In this document: positions 49,621 to 62,700 of the stretch, piece after piece
Numbering within the stretch: position 1 is the first letter of the stretch
Layout of the letters: each line of letters starts with the position of its first letter
Source of the DNA: Sarcophilus harrisii
Lineage: Eukaryota
Reading direction: 5' to 3'
Assembly: GCA_048593225.1 (NCBI GenBank)
Contig: CM109174.1
Coordinates: forward strand, 125,747,754 to 125,811,753
Length of the DNA: 64,000 nt
Made by a program: the position numbers and the translations under genes
Notes under the pieces: generated by a model
The model's database searches: none
Told to the model about the DNA's origin: nothing
The model's input: the letters and a program-made list of their open reading frames with translations, nothing else

Positions 49621-50254
49621 CTTGTCTGTGTCCCTCTATGACAGAAGACAAATGCTCTGTTGCAGTTCTTAGGGCTGGAAGGGACTGCTTCATGTCCACC
49701 CCTTTGGTTTCATAGATGAATTAATTGCAGCCTGAGGGCGAGGGAATTTCTTTAGTTTACATGACCAGCTTGCATCAGGCCCCCGGTCTCCTAACTTCTG
49801 CATCCGACATCCTTCCACCCCATCTTCATGAGGGAGAGATGAAGGAAGGCCTGTACAAGCTAAGATCAAGGTGGAGTTCCATGGGAAGGTGGAGCCTGAG
49901 AAGGCTAGTTCAGGAAATGGTGGTTGGAATTCCAAGCTGAGGGACCCTTCCAGAGAGGACTTTCTTTCTTGGGGGAACAGGCAAGTGGAGATGATAAGGC
50001 ATCTGATCTGGTCTTGGAGGAAGGGAAGGCTTTCAACCTTTGGAAGTGTGGAGGGACTTTTGGGCAAAAGTGTTCTGTATTCTAAAGGGAAATTAAAGTA
50101 GAAAGGAGATTTCTTCAATTTGGCAAAATACTTACTCATTGCCTACTATGTATGTAATGTGCTGTGTATTGGGGTCAGTACATAAATAAGATGTGTGTAA
50201 TTTGTATCCAAATAGCTTACAATCTAATAGAAGGGATTCAATCTCAAAAAACGA

Positions 50255-50460
50255 TGATAGTTGGTTGTCAGTCATGTATGACTCTTCATGACCCCATTTG
50301 GGGTTTTCTTAGCAAAGATCCTGGAAGGGTTGGCCATTTCCTTCTCCGGCTCATTTGACTGATGAGGAAACTGAGGCAGACAGGATTACATGACTTGCCC
50401 AGGATCACACAGATGGTAAGTGTCTGAGCCTGGATTTGAACTCATGAAGATGAGCCTTCA
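50255..50460 (-). mobile_element. SINE (MIR-core form)
   Basis: It contains 'gtcatgtatgactcttcatgaccccatttggggttttcttagcaaagatcctggaagggttggccatttccttctccggctcatttgactgatgaggaaactgaggcagacagg...'. Confidence 0.75.
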
Positions 50461-51126
50461 AATTACAGAATAATTAAGTCAGTAGGTGTACTCAGAGCAC
50501 CAGAAAAATTCTAGGAGTGAATTCTGCCTGGGGGGAATCAAAAAGGTTGGGGGGCATCTGATCTGGCCTTGGAGGAAGGGAAGGGTTTCGACCTTTGGAA
50601 GTGTGGAGGGACTTTGGTCAAATGCCTAGAAATGGGAGAGGGGTTGGGGAGTGCAGCCAGAGTACAGGATGGGTAAGTCGAGTCAAGTCAGTAAGCGTAT
50701 GATGATACCGTATATCATTGTGTGGTAACCTGTTTATGACTATATTTCAGATCCATCACATGGGGGAGGGGGTGTTAATTATTTACTGATTAGACAGTGG
50801 GCTGGATGTGATATGACTGTCAAGTTATTCTGGTGCAGAAGGGAAACCATAGAGGCCTTAGAGGAGCTCCTCCATGCCTTGACGGTTCAGGGAGTGACCA
50901 CAGGCCAGATCGGTGGAGAGCTCATTCGGACTGGTCAGTGGGACCCAGGATGTTTCACCCTCAGGGTCCAGCGCAGACCCCACACTGGAGTTATGTTTAT
51001 CTTCATAGGTTAGCATTTATTGAGCACCTATTATGTGCAGGATCTAGCATTAGCACTCTGAGGAATGCAGGAGATGTCCTTGGCAATGGTCCTTGTCCTC
51101 CCCCTCCAAGGAGACTGGACTCAGCC

Positions 51127-51320
51127 TCCAGAGCTGCAGACATCTGGGAGTGGGAGAGGGAAATGGAAGGACCAAGATGGGAGAGAAAAACAGAGAGGAA
51201 AAAAGGAACGGAAAGAAAACGAGGGAAAAGGAGTCTATTGCAGACGCATGAACAGAGCCAGAAAAGAGGGGGGAGAAAGGGAGAATGGGGAAAATGGAAA
51301 AGGTGGGAGAAAGGGGAGAA
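51127..51320 (-). repeat. Right arm of the 194-bp inverted repeat
   Basis: The reverse complement reads 'ttctcccctttctcccacct...cccagatgtctgcagctctgga', which equals 47972-48165 exactly. Confidence 0.9.
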
Positions 51321-53389
51321 CAATCCTCAGTTGTTAATGATCTTTAGAACTATTTTGCATGTACTTTTTATTTGCTTCTCTAACTGAGTAGTAAGCAGGC
51401 TATAATTACATCTAGATTTTAAAAATCCTCAAATTTTTAATATTTAATCTCACATATATATTGTGGGCAGGAGTCATTTTAGTATATTTTTTGTATTACT
51501 AATGTCTAGAACAATATCTTGCATGAAATAATTTCTGTGTAAATTCAATTAATTGTATAATTATTATTTATTAACTAATTTTTACTAAGTTGATTATTGC
51601 ATATGAAAATTAAATTTAAATGTATATAGTTAAAATGATATATTTAGTAGATTTTTTCCCTTAAAATAATGGATGACAATCAAAAAAGAAAGCAGCTTAT
51701 GTATCTACCATTGAAGTAAAGAAGAAAGACTAGTCAAGGTCAAAGAGTTCCTGAAACAAGGCCACACAGAAGTGCCCAAAACAAAAAGGTTTGGTGTGGA
51801 AGAGTGGAAAGAGCCCCAGACTGAGGGGCAGGTTTCAAATGCCATCTCTGCTACTTGCTAGCTGTTTGGCTCTGGGTAAATCACATAAGCTTTCTGAGCC
51901 TCAGTTACCTTATCTATTAAATGGGGTTATCTTTATTACTTCTCTCACAGAGTTGTTTTAAGGAGATCAAAATGCTAATTGTTATTAGGATGAAGACTTC
52001 GGATAAGGCATTTGCTCATTCTGGAATTCAGTTTCCCACAGAAAATTCAGGCATTGAAGATCCTCATTTCCCATTACTCCCTCCAAGTTCCTCGTGTTCT
52101 CACCAAACTCTGTTCCCAAATGTACTCCATGGTTTCCAGGTTCTGAGGGAAAAGGCTCTGCAGACCTTGCCCATGATACCTGAAATGTCCTCTCTCCCCC
52201 TCTTTGAAGAATTCTGACCTCTCTTTGAATCCCAAGTCAAACGGCACCAACCTTCCCTGATTTCCCTTCAGTCAGTCACAAAGATCTCTTTTCCTAAGCA
52301 CTTAAGTGTTATTGTATATTATTCAATTTAATGAACATTTGTCAAGTGTCTATACATGCTCAGAGCATTAGAGATACAGAAGCAAAAATGAAAAAAATAA
52401 TCCATGTCCTCAAGGGCTTAAATTCTATTTTAGTGACCACAGACACACAAGTACACATTAGATAATTTGATCCCTTACTGTTGACTTCAGAGAAGGCCTC
52501 ATGGAGGAGCCTGAGCCTTGAATGAAGACGGATTTAGAGTCGGAGCTGAAAAGAAAGTGAATGGATGGTGTGGAATGCTGAGGTCAAAAAACAGCTCCTA
52601 GTCCAGCTTAGCCGGAATTTTGTGGGCACAAATCCCTGGGAAGGGAAAAGGAACAAACATGAATAAGAGCTTGCTTTGTATCAGACCCTGTGCTCCTGCT
52701 TTACTAGCAGATTATCTCATTTGATTCTCACAACAAATTCTCACAACAACCTTGGGAGAGAGATGCTATTATTATATACATTTTACAATTGAGGAAACCG
52801 CCAAGTAGCAATTAATGCTAAGTAATGAAAGTGAAACCACTGAAGGTTTCTGAGAAGAATCAAACATTACCCAAATTAATCGAATACTTTTCCATTGTGA
52901 CGCTCCTCTGAATTCTCAGAGTTTACCACAAGGACACTGTCTAATGTGCTGAATGTCTTCCTTACATTTAGGCTCTTAAGAGAAGGTCAGATTTTAAGAT
53001 TATTTTGGCAGCTGTGGGGAGGATTTGCTGGAGGGGAGAATTTGGGAGCGGAGATGCCAGTTAGAAAAATGGTATAATGGTGAAGACAAAAGGCCACAAG
53101 GGCCTAAACTAAGTGGTACCTGTGTAAATGGAAAGATGAAAACAGATTGAGATATGGGAAACTACAACCAATAAGAGTGGTCAATAGTTTGATTATGGGA
53201 AATTGAAGGAGTGAGAAAAACCAGGGATGATTCAGAGGCTGAGAATCTGGGTGATTGGTTTCCTTAACTGTAATACGGAACTTAGGAGAAAAGGCATTTT
53301 TAGGGGGAAAGATAGTGAGTTCTGCTTTGGACAATTTGAGATACTAATGGAATATCCAAGTAGTTTTAGATAACTATTCATCATTTTAA

Positions 53390-53650
53390 AGGTTCATTCT
53401 TGTACTTTTTAGTGTTTTTAACAGAAATGAGCATTTTATTTTGTCAAGATATTTTTCTGCATCTATTGTAACAATCATATGATTTTTGTTCTTTTGTTAT
53501 TAAGATAGTCAATTATGTTTAGAGTTTTCCAATTACTGAACCAGTCCAGCATTCTTGGTATAAGTTAAGCCTTGTCATAGTATGTATATCTTTGTGATTT
53601 TTTTTTTTGTTAATCTTCTGCTTGTATTTTATTTAAAATTTTTGCATTAC
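53390..53650 (-). mobile_element. L1 ORF2 fragment
   Basis: It contains 'tatttttctgcatctattgtaacaatcatatgatttttgttcttttgttattaagatagtcaattatg'. Confidence 0.5.
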
Positions 53651-53989
53651 TATTCATTAGGGAAATTTGTCTGTAGTTTTCTTTCTCTGTTTTGACTCAT
53701 CCCAGTTTAGAAATCAAGTCCATGTTTGTATCAGGAAGGAATTTGGTAGGACTCTTACTTTTTTTTTTTTTTTTCCAAACAGTTTATGTAACATTGGAAT
53801 CCGGGGACTGAAGCTCTGGAGAGAAGTTAGAGGTGGATGTGTATATTTAGGAAAAGTCTACATAGAGATAATGCTGATGAGATCAACAAGGGAGAGACTG
53901 AGACAAAAAAAGAGGGTTCAAAAAACCTTGAGGGAATCTTATATTTTGGTGTGAGAGAGCAGGAAATGGAAGATAAATCAAATCAATAG

Positions 53990-54190
53990 GATGGAAAAAG
54001 AATGGTCACATAATTTAATTTATACTTTAACATATTTAACATGTATTGGTCTACCTGCCATCTGGGGGAAGGGATGGGAGGAAGAAGGGGAAAAATTGGA
54101 ACAAAAGGTTTGGCAATTGTCAATGCTGTAAAATTACCCATGCATATAACTTGTAAATAAAAAGCTATAATTTAAAAAAATTGTTTTTTG
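53990..54190 (+). mobile_element. L1 3' end
   Basis: It contains 'gggatgggaggaagaaggggaaaaattggaacaaaaggtttggcaattgtcaatgctgtaaaattacccatgcatataacttgtaaataaaaagctataatttaaaaaaa', which is the same 3' terminus as 20640-20790. Confidence 0.7.
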
Positions 54191-56424
54191 CATGTAACTG
54201 GAGGAAATAAAAAGAAATGATAAATTGTAGAAATAAAAATTACTGTGAAATTTCAAAAAAAAAAAAAAAAAAGAATGGTCTCATAGAAGAGGAGGAGGAA
54301 GCAGTCAGTTGGTCAACCAGATGGACTTCTTTAAACTTCAGATTATTCTTCTGTAAAAAACGAAGGGTTGGATAAAATGGTGTCTGAAATCCCTTTAATG
54401 GCTAAGGATAGGGGGTTGGTGGTAGGTTGTAGCTAAGCCTAAATAAGGACCTTGCCCTTCCAGAATCTATAATCTAGAAATAATAAATACTAAAGATGGG
54501 TGGACATATTTATAAGATCATCAGGGAAAAGTCAATATTGACAATAGGATTATAAAGAGGGAGAGGGCCTTAACCCTTTCATGTTTAGATTAGATTAAGA
54601 AGCCTTAATGAAAGAAGTGGGATTCTAAGAGGGAAAGGAAGGAAGGAAGGAAGGAACCCGTGAAGAAATATAAATAGTATGAATGGAAGAAAAGCAAGAT
54701 ATGTTGGGAGATGATTCCAATTTGGAGAGGATGACAACTGGACCTTTGATCTGGAAAAGCAAAAGAACAGTAGCATGAGATGTTGTGGACATCATTCCTG
54801 AGAACATAAAAATGGAGTGAATAGACTATCAGACCTGATTCACAAATCCCATTGATTTTTCTTTTCTGAGATCCCCCTTTCATCATTGTATTCCTTTCTG
54901 ACCCTCATATTTCACCTCAACTACTATCATAGCTTCCTAATTGACCTCTCTGCTTGAATCCAATGATTCCCCACCTCCAATTTACTGGACACAGATTAAT
55001 CTTGTTGGCACATAGTTTCTGAGCTTGTGGGCCCCTTTAGTAATTCCTCTTTTCTTAAAAAAAAGTTATTGATAATAAAAAATATCTACTGATGTCATTT
55101 TCCAATGTCCATCCATTCTCCTTATATACCTTATATACTCCTTATATACTTCTAGTGGAACTCTCACTAATTACAGATTCCTTTTTTCCTGCTGAAAAAA
55201 ATACAAACTTTACAATTTGACATTCAAGGTCTTCCATGATCTGCCTCCTGTCTTTTTATGACCTTTCACACACTTCAAAACATTTATTCATCCTATACTA
55301 GGATCCTATACCAATAAGGAGGGGTAGGAGGTATAGTCCTATTAACATATGTTCTCGGTGAAAGTTGGTTTAATAGGGTATATATGGTGGGTAAATTTAC
55401 CTCAATGGGAGTGAATAAAGGGCAGTAATTACTGTATTGACACCTAGAAGGATGAGTGAGAAATTAGATCAAGAGAATGTGGTTATAATTACTATTAGTT
55501 CTCCTAAAAGGTTGATGGAAGGGGATTGTCCTCCTTTCTATTCTTTCTGGAGTATTCTGTAATCCTGGCTAAATTTGTCTTCTACTATCCTCTGAATAGA
55601 CCACAATAATTTCTTTTGGCTAGAGTGTTTTCCTTGTTTCTGCCTATGCAATTCCTATCCCTGTATTTTTTTTTTTTAAAACAATAGTTTTTTATTTTTA
55701 AAATACATACAAAGATAGTTTTCAACATTCACTGTTGCAAAATCTGTTCCAAATTTTTCTCCCTCCCTTTCCCCCACCCTGCCACAGACAGCAAATAATC
55801 CAATATATGTTAAACAAGTACAATTCTTCTACCTGTATTTTTTTTTTAAATAACTGATTATAAACTTAATATTGATCATCAATAAAACAGAACCTGTCCT
55901 AGGTCACACATTCTGTCTGTTACTTATTATTCACAAAAGCCTCATCTCCTATCGCCATGTCATGAATATCTAGGACTTCCAGACCTTCTGTCTCCCCTGC
56001 TGAAGCGCTTTAAGGGTCTTTGGGCTTTGTAATCTGTTTTCCTGTTGAACTATTGGGACTCCTGAGTTTTTCCAACTACATTGTAGCTGAACTTTTTTAT
56101 TTATTGTCTCCTCCAATTAGAGTGTGCGAACTCTCTCTAAGAACTTTTTGGTTTGTTTATCTAAATGCTATTTTATTCATTCCACTATGTATTGACTGGG
56201 GGCAACTCCAAGCATCCTGATCTATATTTTGTCATTGGGCCTAGATGGTTCTGGAGGAAAGAAAGAGGCTGGTGACTTTGCACAACCCTCTCTTAAATCT
56301 GATTCACTTACAAGATCTGACATCTCCTTCCAGATGTCATGGTACTTTTTGAGAATGAAGGACAAGCAATTTTTAAATAGTAGTAGCTGCCCCATTGGGG
56401 ACCCAACTGGCCAGTTGTAGAAGT

Positions 56425-56512
56425 TTCCTTCCTTCCTTCCTTCCTTCCTTCCTTCCTTCCTTCCTTCCTTCCTTCCTTCCTTCCTTCCTTCCTTCCTTCC
56501 TTCCTTCCTTCC
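56425..56512. repeat. (TTCC)22 perfect microsatellite
   Basis: The tetranucleotide tandem run is visible directly. Confidence 0.95.
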
Positions 56513-58409
56513 TCTCTCCTGCTCTCTCCCTCTCTTCTTTCCTTCCTAATAATTTATTTATTAATAAATTAATTAATACTCAATAAATTGTTAGTAGTTT
56601 CTCTCAGTAATCAAAGACATGGAGATCCTGAAAGCTTAAATGCTTTTGGAAAAGATGACAGGTAAAAAAAATCAAACCTGACTGGTAAACATTTAATAAG
56701 GGGATGGATAAATAATAAGGAAGCAAGACTAAAAGCTGTTTTTCTCCTTCATAAACTGGGTTACCTTAGATCACAATGGCAAATCAAAGTTGGGGGATGT
56801 TACTGGTGCATTTCCATTGATTTTAGTTTTTTTCCCTCCTCATTGGGATGATTGCCACATGTGTTTTTAGAATTTAGCTTCTCTTTTGGTTTCAATTCAT
56901 CTTTGAATGTTCAACTCAAATTCCCCTTTGTGAGTCCTTCCTTGAGCCTCTCCGTAATGACCTCAGACATCACATAACATTATGATATTTTATACATCGT
57001 TAATGTGTGTATTATGTGAGTGTTTCCCCTACGGTTTCTAGAATATAAGCTCTATGAAGGCAGGAAAAGTCTCTTCCAGAACCTAACTCAATGTTCTGTA
57101 CATCTGTCCCCGTTTTGCTATAACAGTCTCCTCTACTGTTGGTGATTTCCCTCTGAAACTACCTTTCGTTTACAATGTATATATCTTACAATGTATCTAC
57201 TGTATCTACTACAATCTGGTTTTCTTACTGTCGCCTCCTTGAGGCAGGATCGGTGTTCTTGCCTTTCTTTGTATCCCCAGCACTCCTGTCACATGTAGGC
57301 GATTAATAAAATTCTTGTTGATTAATTGACCATGACTACTCAAAGGATTATTGGAAGTTATCTTAAGCCAACATTGCCCTCTAATGGCCAAGGTTGAGAA
57401 CCATTTAACTGATTGGCTCTTCCTTTTTCAAAGGGAATTAATTGTATCACTACAGTCTGTGTCCCATGTCTCTTTTCCTTATCTTTCACCATTCATACCA
57501 AATTCCATTTCAGGCAATCTCTTTATAAAGTTACGTAGTCTTTTCACCATTTTCTTATTCTTCTTTTACTTAAGATTACCTTGGGAAAAACCTCTCTTCC
57601 TCATATCACTTCAAATGTGAGTCAAAAAAGCTATGTCCACTTTGCTTAGATACAGACATATCTTATTCAGAAAATGCCAATGGTGACCAGCAGTTGTCCA
57701 TAGCTGAAATCCTATGATCCAGTGGAGTTCATTCAGAGGCATGAAGTACATCCTCATGTATCTCCCCATGAACTGCTGCTTTGGTCAGAGTAGTCATGGA
57801 AGCTTCTTAAGAGCAGGCAAGGACTATTTCATATTTATCTTTATAGTTTTAGACTTTTGGAACATCTTATATATAAAACCCTTTGTAGTTCTTAAAGCAG
57901 CATATAATGGGAGTTACTGTTACTACTGGAACTTCAAGGTCTCTGTACTTCTTTTGGCTCTATCGTTTAAGGGATCTATTGTAGTTGATTCTTGCTAATA
58001 TATTTCCTTCTACTCCTACTGTAACTGAGTACCCTGATCTAAGTATTTCTCCCTTCTCTTTATACCCTGGTGTTTACATATTTTGGATCATAAAATGTGC
58101 TTTCTCAGCTTTATTAACAGAGGAAAAAGGAATACACATATTTAAATGGAGACAACAACAAATAAATAGGCTTCCTGTTCTTTGCAAATCCATTTTTAGA
58201 TCTGTATCAGGTGATTAGGTTTTTTTTTTATATCTGGGGAAATTCAGCACATTCATCACAAGTGCTGAATCATTCAATAGAGACAGAGAAGTAAGGATAC
58301 ACAGGTGTTTTGAGTGACATCAGTTATTCATCAGTCACTGGACTTCAAGAGATATCTTTTCCATCCAAACAATGTTAGAATTTTTCATCCCAAAGTCTAA
58401 AGTGGGGTA

Positions 58410-60420
58410 GAGTCAAGATGGCAGAGAAAACACAGGGACTCATATATGAGCTCTCCTAAATTCCCTGCCAAATAACTTTATATAATGCCCCCAAACAAAT
58501 TATGGACTAGCAGAACCCATAAAAGGAAGGGTTAAACAATCTCTAGCCCAAGACAACTTAGAAAGTCAGCAGGAAAGTTTTGTTGTACTAAGATGAGAGT
58601 GGAGTGAAATCTAGTCCATGCAGCAAACCAGCAGCAAGCCTTATGAGCAACTGATGATGATGTGTGTGTGTGTGTGGGGTGACATTCAGAGTTCTCAGAT
58701 GAAAAGGGAGTCAGGCAGTTTGTCAGAAGGGGATTGCAGAACCCTTGCTGGCATTGGGGGCAGGACTCTTGCTGTATGGCCAATATTTAGATGTGGATTG
58801 TAGTCCTGAGATGAAAAGGAGCATTAGAACACCTGAGCTTGTGGCTATAGGGGACTGGGCACCTTGGTCACAGTTCCAGGAGAGAAAAGAGTGCTTGGGG
58901 TTACTCACAGACCAAACCATAGTCCAGGAAAGTAGTAAACACGACTCTCTTTAGATCATAACATACAGACCCTCAGAACTAGTTCTGAGAACGGATGCAA
59001 AAAACCCCTGAAGCTTGGGACAGTGTTCTCTCCAGTCCTGGAGTAGAGCCCATTTTTAACATAAAGTTAAAAGTCAAGAAATAGGTTAGAAAAATGAACA
59101 GAAAAAAATCCTAACCATAGAAAGTTACTACGGTGATGGGGAAGTTCAAAATACAAACTCTGAAAACATCAAAATCAAAATTGCTCCATCCATAGCCTCA
59201 AAGAATACTGTGAATTGATCTTAGGCCAAAATGAATTCGTGGAAGAACTAAGAAAGGATTTTAAAAATCAAATAAAAGCAGTATAAGAAAAATTGGAGGG
59301 GGAAATGACTGATGCAAGAAAGCTATAAAAAAAATCAACATAAAAATTGAATAGAAAAAGAATCCACACTGATCACCTCCTGAAAGAGATCCTCCAAAGA
59401 AAAATTCCCAGGAATATTATAGCCAAATCCCAAATTCAATTCATGGAGAAAATTTTGCAAGTAGCCAGAGAGAAACAGCCAAAATATCATGGAGCCATCT
59501 GATTACACAAGTTTTAGCAGCTTATATATTAAAGGATCAGAGGAGATCATATAATATGATATTCTGGAGGGTAAAAGAACTAGGATTACAATCAAGAATC
59601 ATTTACTCAGCAAAACTTAGTAATAAGCGTTCAGGAAGGAAAATGGATATTGAATGAAATAGAAGACTTTTAAACATTCCAGATGAAAAGGCCAAAGTTG
59701 ATTGAATAGGAGATTCAATTAAAAAAAAAATAATCTAGAGAAGCCCCAAAAGATCAACAAGAAAGAGAAATTATAAGGGATTCAATAAGGTTAAATTGTT
59801 TACATTCCTACTTGGGAAAATGATACTTGAAATGGTCAAAGGATTCGAACAGACAGTTTTCAGATAAAAAAAAAAAAGCTGAAAAAAATGCTCTAAATCA
59901 CTATTCACTAGAGAAATGCAAATTAAAACAACTTTGAGGTGCTTTCACCAATACCTTATACCAATCAGACTGACTAATACAACAGAAAAGGAAAATGACA
60001 AAATGTTGGAGGGGAGGTAGGAAAATTGTGACACTAATGCACTATAGGTGGAATTATGAACTGATTCAACTATTATGTAGAACAATTTGGAACTATACCC
60101 AAAGGGTTATAAAACTCTGCTCTTTGACCTAGCAATAGTCCTACGAGGTCTGTATCCCAAAGAAATTAAAAAACAAAACAAAAAGAAAAAGGAGCTCCCT
60201 ATACACAAATATTTGTAGCAGCTTTTTTAGTGATGACAAATAACTGAAGGGATGCCCCTCAAGTGGGGAATGCCTAACATGTTGTGGTATTTCATTGTGA
60301 TGGATATTATTGTGCATAAGAAATGAGGGGGATAGTTTCAGCAAAATCATGAATGACTTATATGAATTGATACAAAGTGAAGTGATCAGAATCAAAAGAA
60401 CTCAAAAAGACTCAAAAGGC
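58410..60420 (+). mobile_element. Degenerate L1 (5' region 'aagatggcagag', then ORF1-like and ORF2 C-terminal remnants)
   Basis: 59740-60400 translates to L1 ORF2 tail-like peptides with stops. The sequence 'ctattcactagagaaatgcaaattaaaacaactttgaggtgc' is a classic L1 ORF2 motif. Confidence 0.5.
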
Positions 60421-62514
60421 TTTTTTTTTTTTAAAGCATTGGAAATTGTTTTTTTACATGTAATTGAGGGGAAAACAAATATTAAATAATTTTTCTAAAA
60501 AATCATCCAAAAAAGAATGAGGGGAAAAAAAGGAATTAGTAATAAAGAATGTCACAAAGATAATTTTTCATCTTTGAATTTTAGTAACTTAAAAGGGCTA
60601 TAAAGGCTTGAAACTACACTGAGACTTTGGGACATTATGGCAAGGGTGTATAATGGAATGAAAATATTGCCAGCCAATAAATTAGTAATCATTTTCTAAT
60701 GTCTAGGAGGAGGGGCAGGAATAGAGAGAGCCTTATGTAAAGATATGAAATAGATGGATCTTGTTCCCTTCTCACTTTGATTCTTCTTTATGAAAAATTT
60801 CCTTCCATCACAGTGCTGCATGTTTTGACCAGCTTTCCCTGCTCTGCCCCAGCCCTTCCTTTGAATGGGTAGCAATATGTGAGCCTTTGGTTCCATTCTG
60901 CTTATCGTTCTTAATTTTGGATGGTTCCATTTTGCTCCTCTCTCTAAATTGGATATTGCGGGAACCGTCCAGAACTGCGTTCGGTTTCACCTGCCTGTCT
61001 CTGGGGGGAGATTGGTGGGAAACCAGGCAGCTGGGAATTTTGGAAGAGCAAGATCTCAGTTCAGTTCATGGGAGCCATGTCAAGAACCAATGGTTATGGC
61101 AATGTCACCATCTGCCGGCGGCTACTAGGAACCACAAGGAGGGTGGCGAGCTACCTTGAGTGGAGGGCCGTAGAATACTGAAGGGGAATTCACCCATGAG
61201 AAAAGGGCAGGAAAACAGAATTTCAGATTTGACAAGGACCCCTGTGGCCTTCTAGTGCTAGAAAGGGGTCCTTGGCTTTAGCGTACCTGACAAATAGTGT
61301 TTGCTTGGAGGAGGAGGAACCCAATCAACTCATTCCACTCTTGGAGATGTTAGCAGTCTCTCCTGGCATGAAGTCAAAATTTAATCCTTTGCTCCTTCAG
61401 TCTGCTTCTGTTGGGTCTTCCTCTGGAGCCAAGCAGAACAGGTAAAAAAAATATCTCAAGACAGATGTCCTGAAGTGCCCCTGGAGTTGCAGTTGGGAGT
61501 TCTGTCCAGTGTATGGGTTTTAAGTGGCTGAGGGTTCTAGGGTATTTTTGTGGTTCCCTATTCCTAAAATTATAATTCAAGGATTATTATCACTGTTGAG
61601 TTTACCACTGTTAGCCAATGAACACAATTAACTCAAAGAAAAGGCATTTACTAAGATGGTACACCCTTCCATAAACCAAGGTTCACTTCTCCACAAATAC
61701 ACAGACTCTCTTGGAAGAGTGGGCACAAAGTTAGAATACACTAGTAACAAGGTGACACAATGACAAAGCAACATATGGCTGTAGTACTGCAGGGCTCCCA
61801 TATCTTTTCTCTTTCTGTGATACTCTCGGCTCAGTGTCTCTGCTGGATTGGTTACTCAGTGGGGCTCTATAGCCCTTATTAAATTATATGACCATCAGGA
61901 GTCAAACTCTTCTCTGCAGCTCAACTCTTTTTTTTTTAAATAGTATTTTATTTTTTTCCAATTACTTGTAAAGATTGCCTTTACAATCTCCCCCCAATTA
62001 AATGTTTGCTTTCCCCAACAGATTAACCATTGTGATTTATGGCAAAGTATATATTCCTAGTTCTGGACAGCTCTCTTAAAATCCATGCAGCATATTTTTT
62101 ACAACCATACAGATATTAACATTCTTGCATGAGGGTCTGTGTTTATCAAACCTAATAGGCCTGGAAATCACATTCTCCCTTAAATATTTTGAAAAATTCT
62201 TATAGGTTACAATTTGAATGAATGCTGCTAGTAGAAGCCTGCCCCAAAACAAAGATAATAAAGCAGATTAAAAAAAAATCAAACTTTCTCCCTTAAAAGC
62301 AAAGTTTGGTCTCAAAGGAGTTTCCAGCAGTGATGGGGGAATCCTAGAGTTGAATGAAAATCACTCCCTTGGCTTCAGGTGAGAAACTAAGTTCCCTCAA
62401 TTGAAAATTCCTCAAAGTTCCAGCAATATATTAGTCACTCCCAGGGATCCTCATATTGCATTTCAGTTGGGGTCCAAATAAAAATTTCCTTTAACACATA
62501 GGGTAATCTGAATG

Positions 62515-62700
62515 GACTGTAGGTAGAAGCAGTGGATAGAGAATACTGGCCCTGGAGTCAGGAGGACTCGAGTTCAAATATGTTCTCAGACACTATATTA
62601 GCTCTGTAAGGCTGAGCAAGTCACTTAATCTCATCTATAAAATGAGTTGGAGAAGAAAATGGGAAATCGCTCCAGTATCTTTGTCAAGAAAACCTCAAAT
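62515..62700 (+). mobile_element. SINE (tRNA head plus MIR core)
   Basis: The sequence reads 'gtagaagcagtggatagagaatactggccctggagtcaggaggactcgagttcaaatatgttctcagacact...caagtcacttaatctcatctataaaatgag'. Confidence 0.75.
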
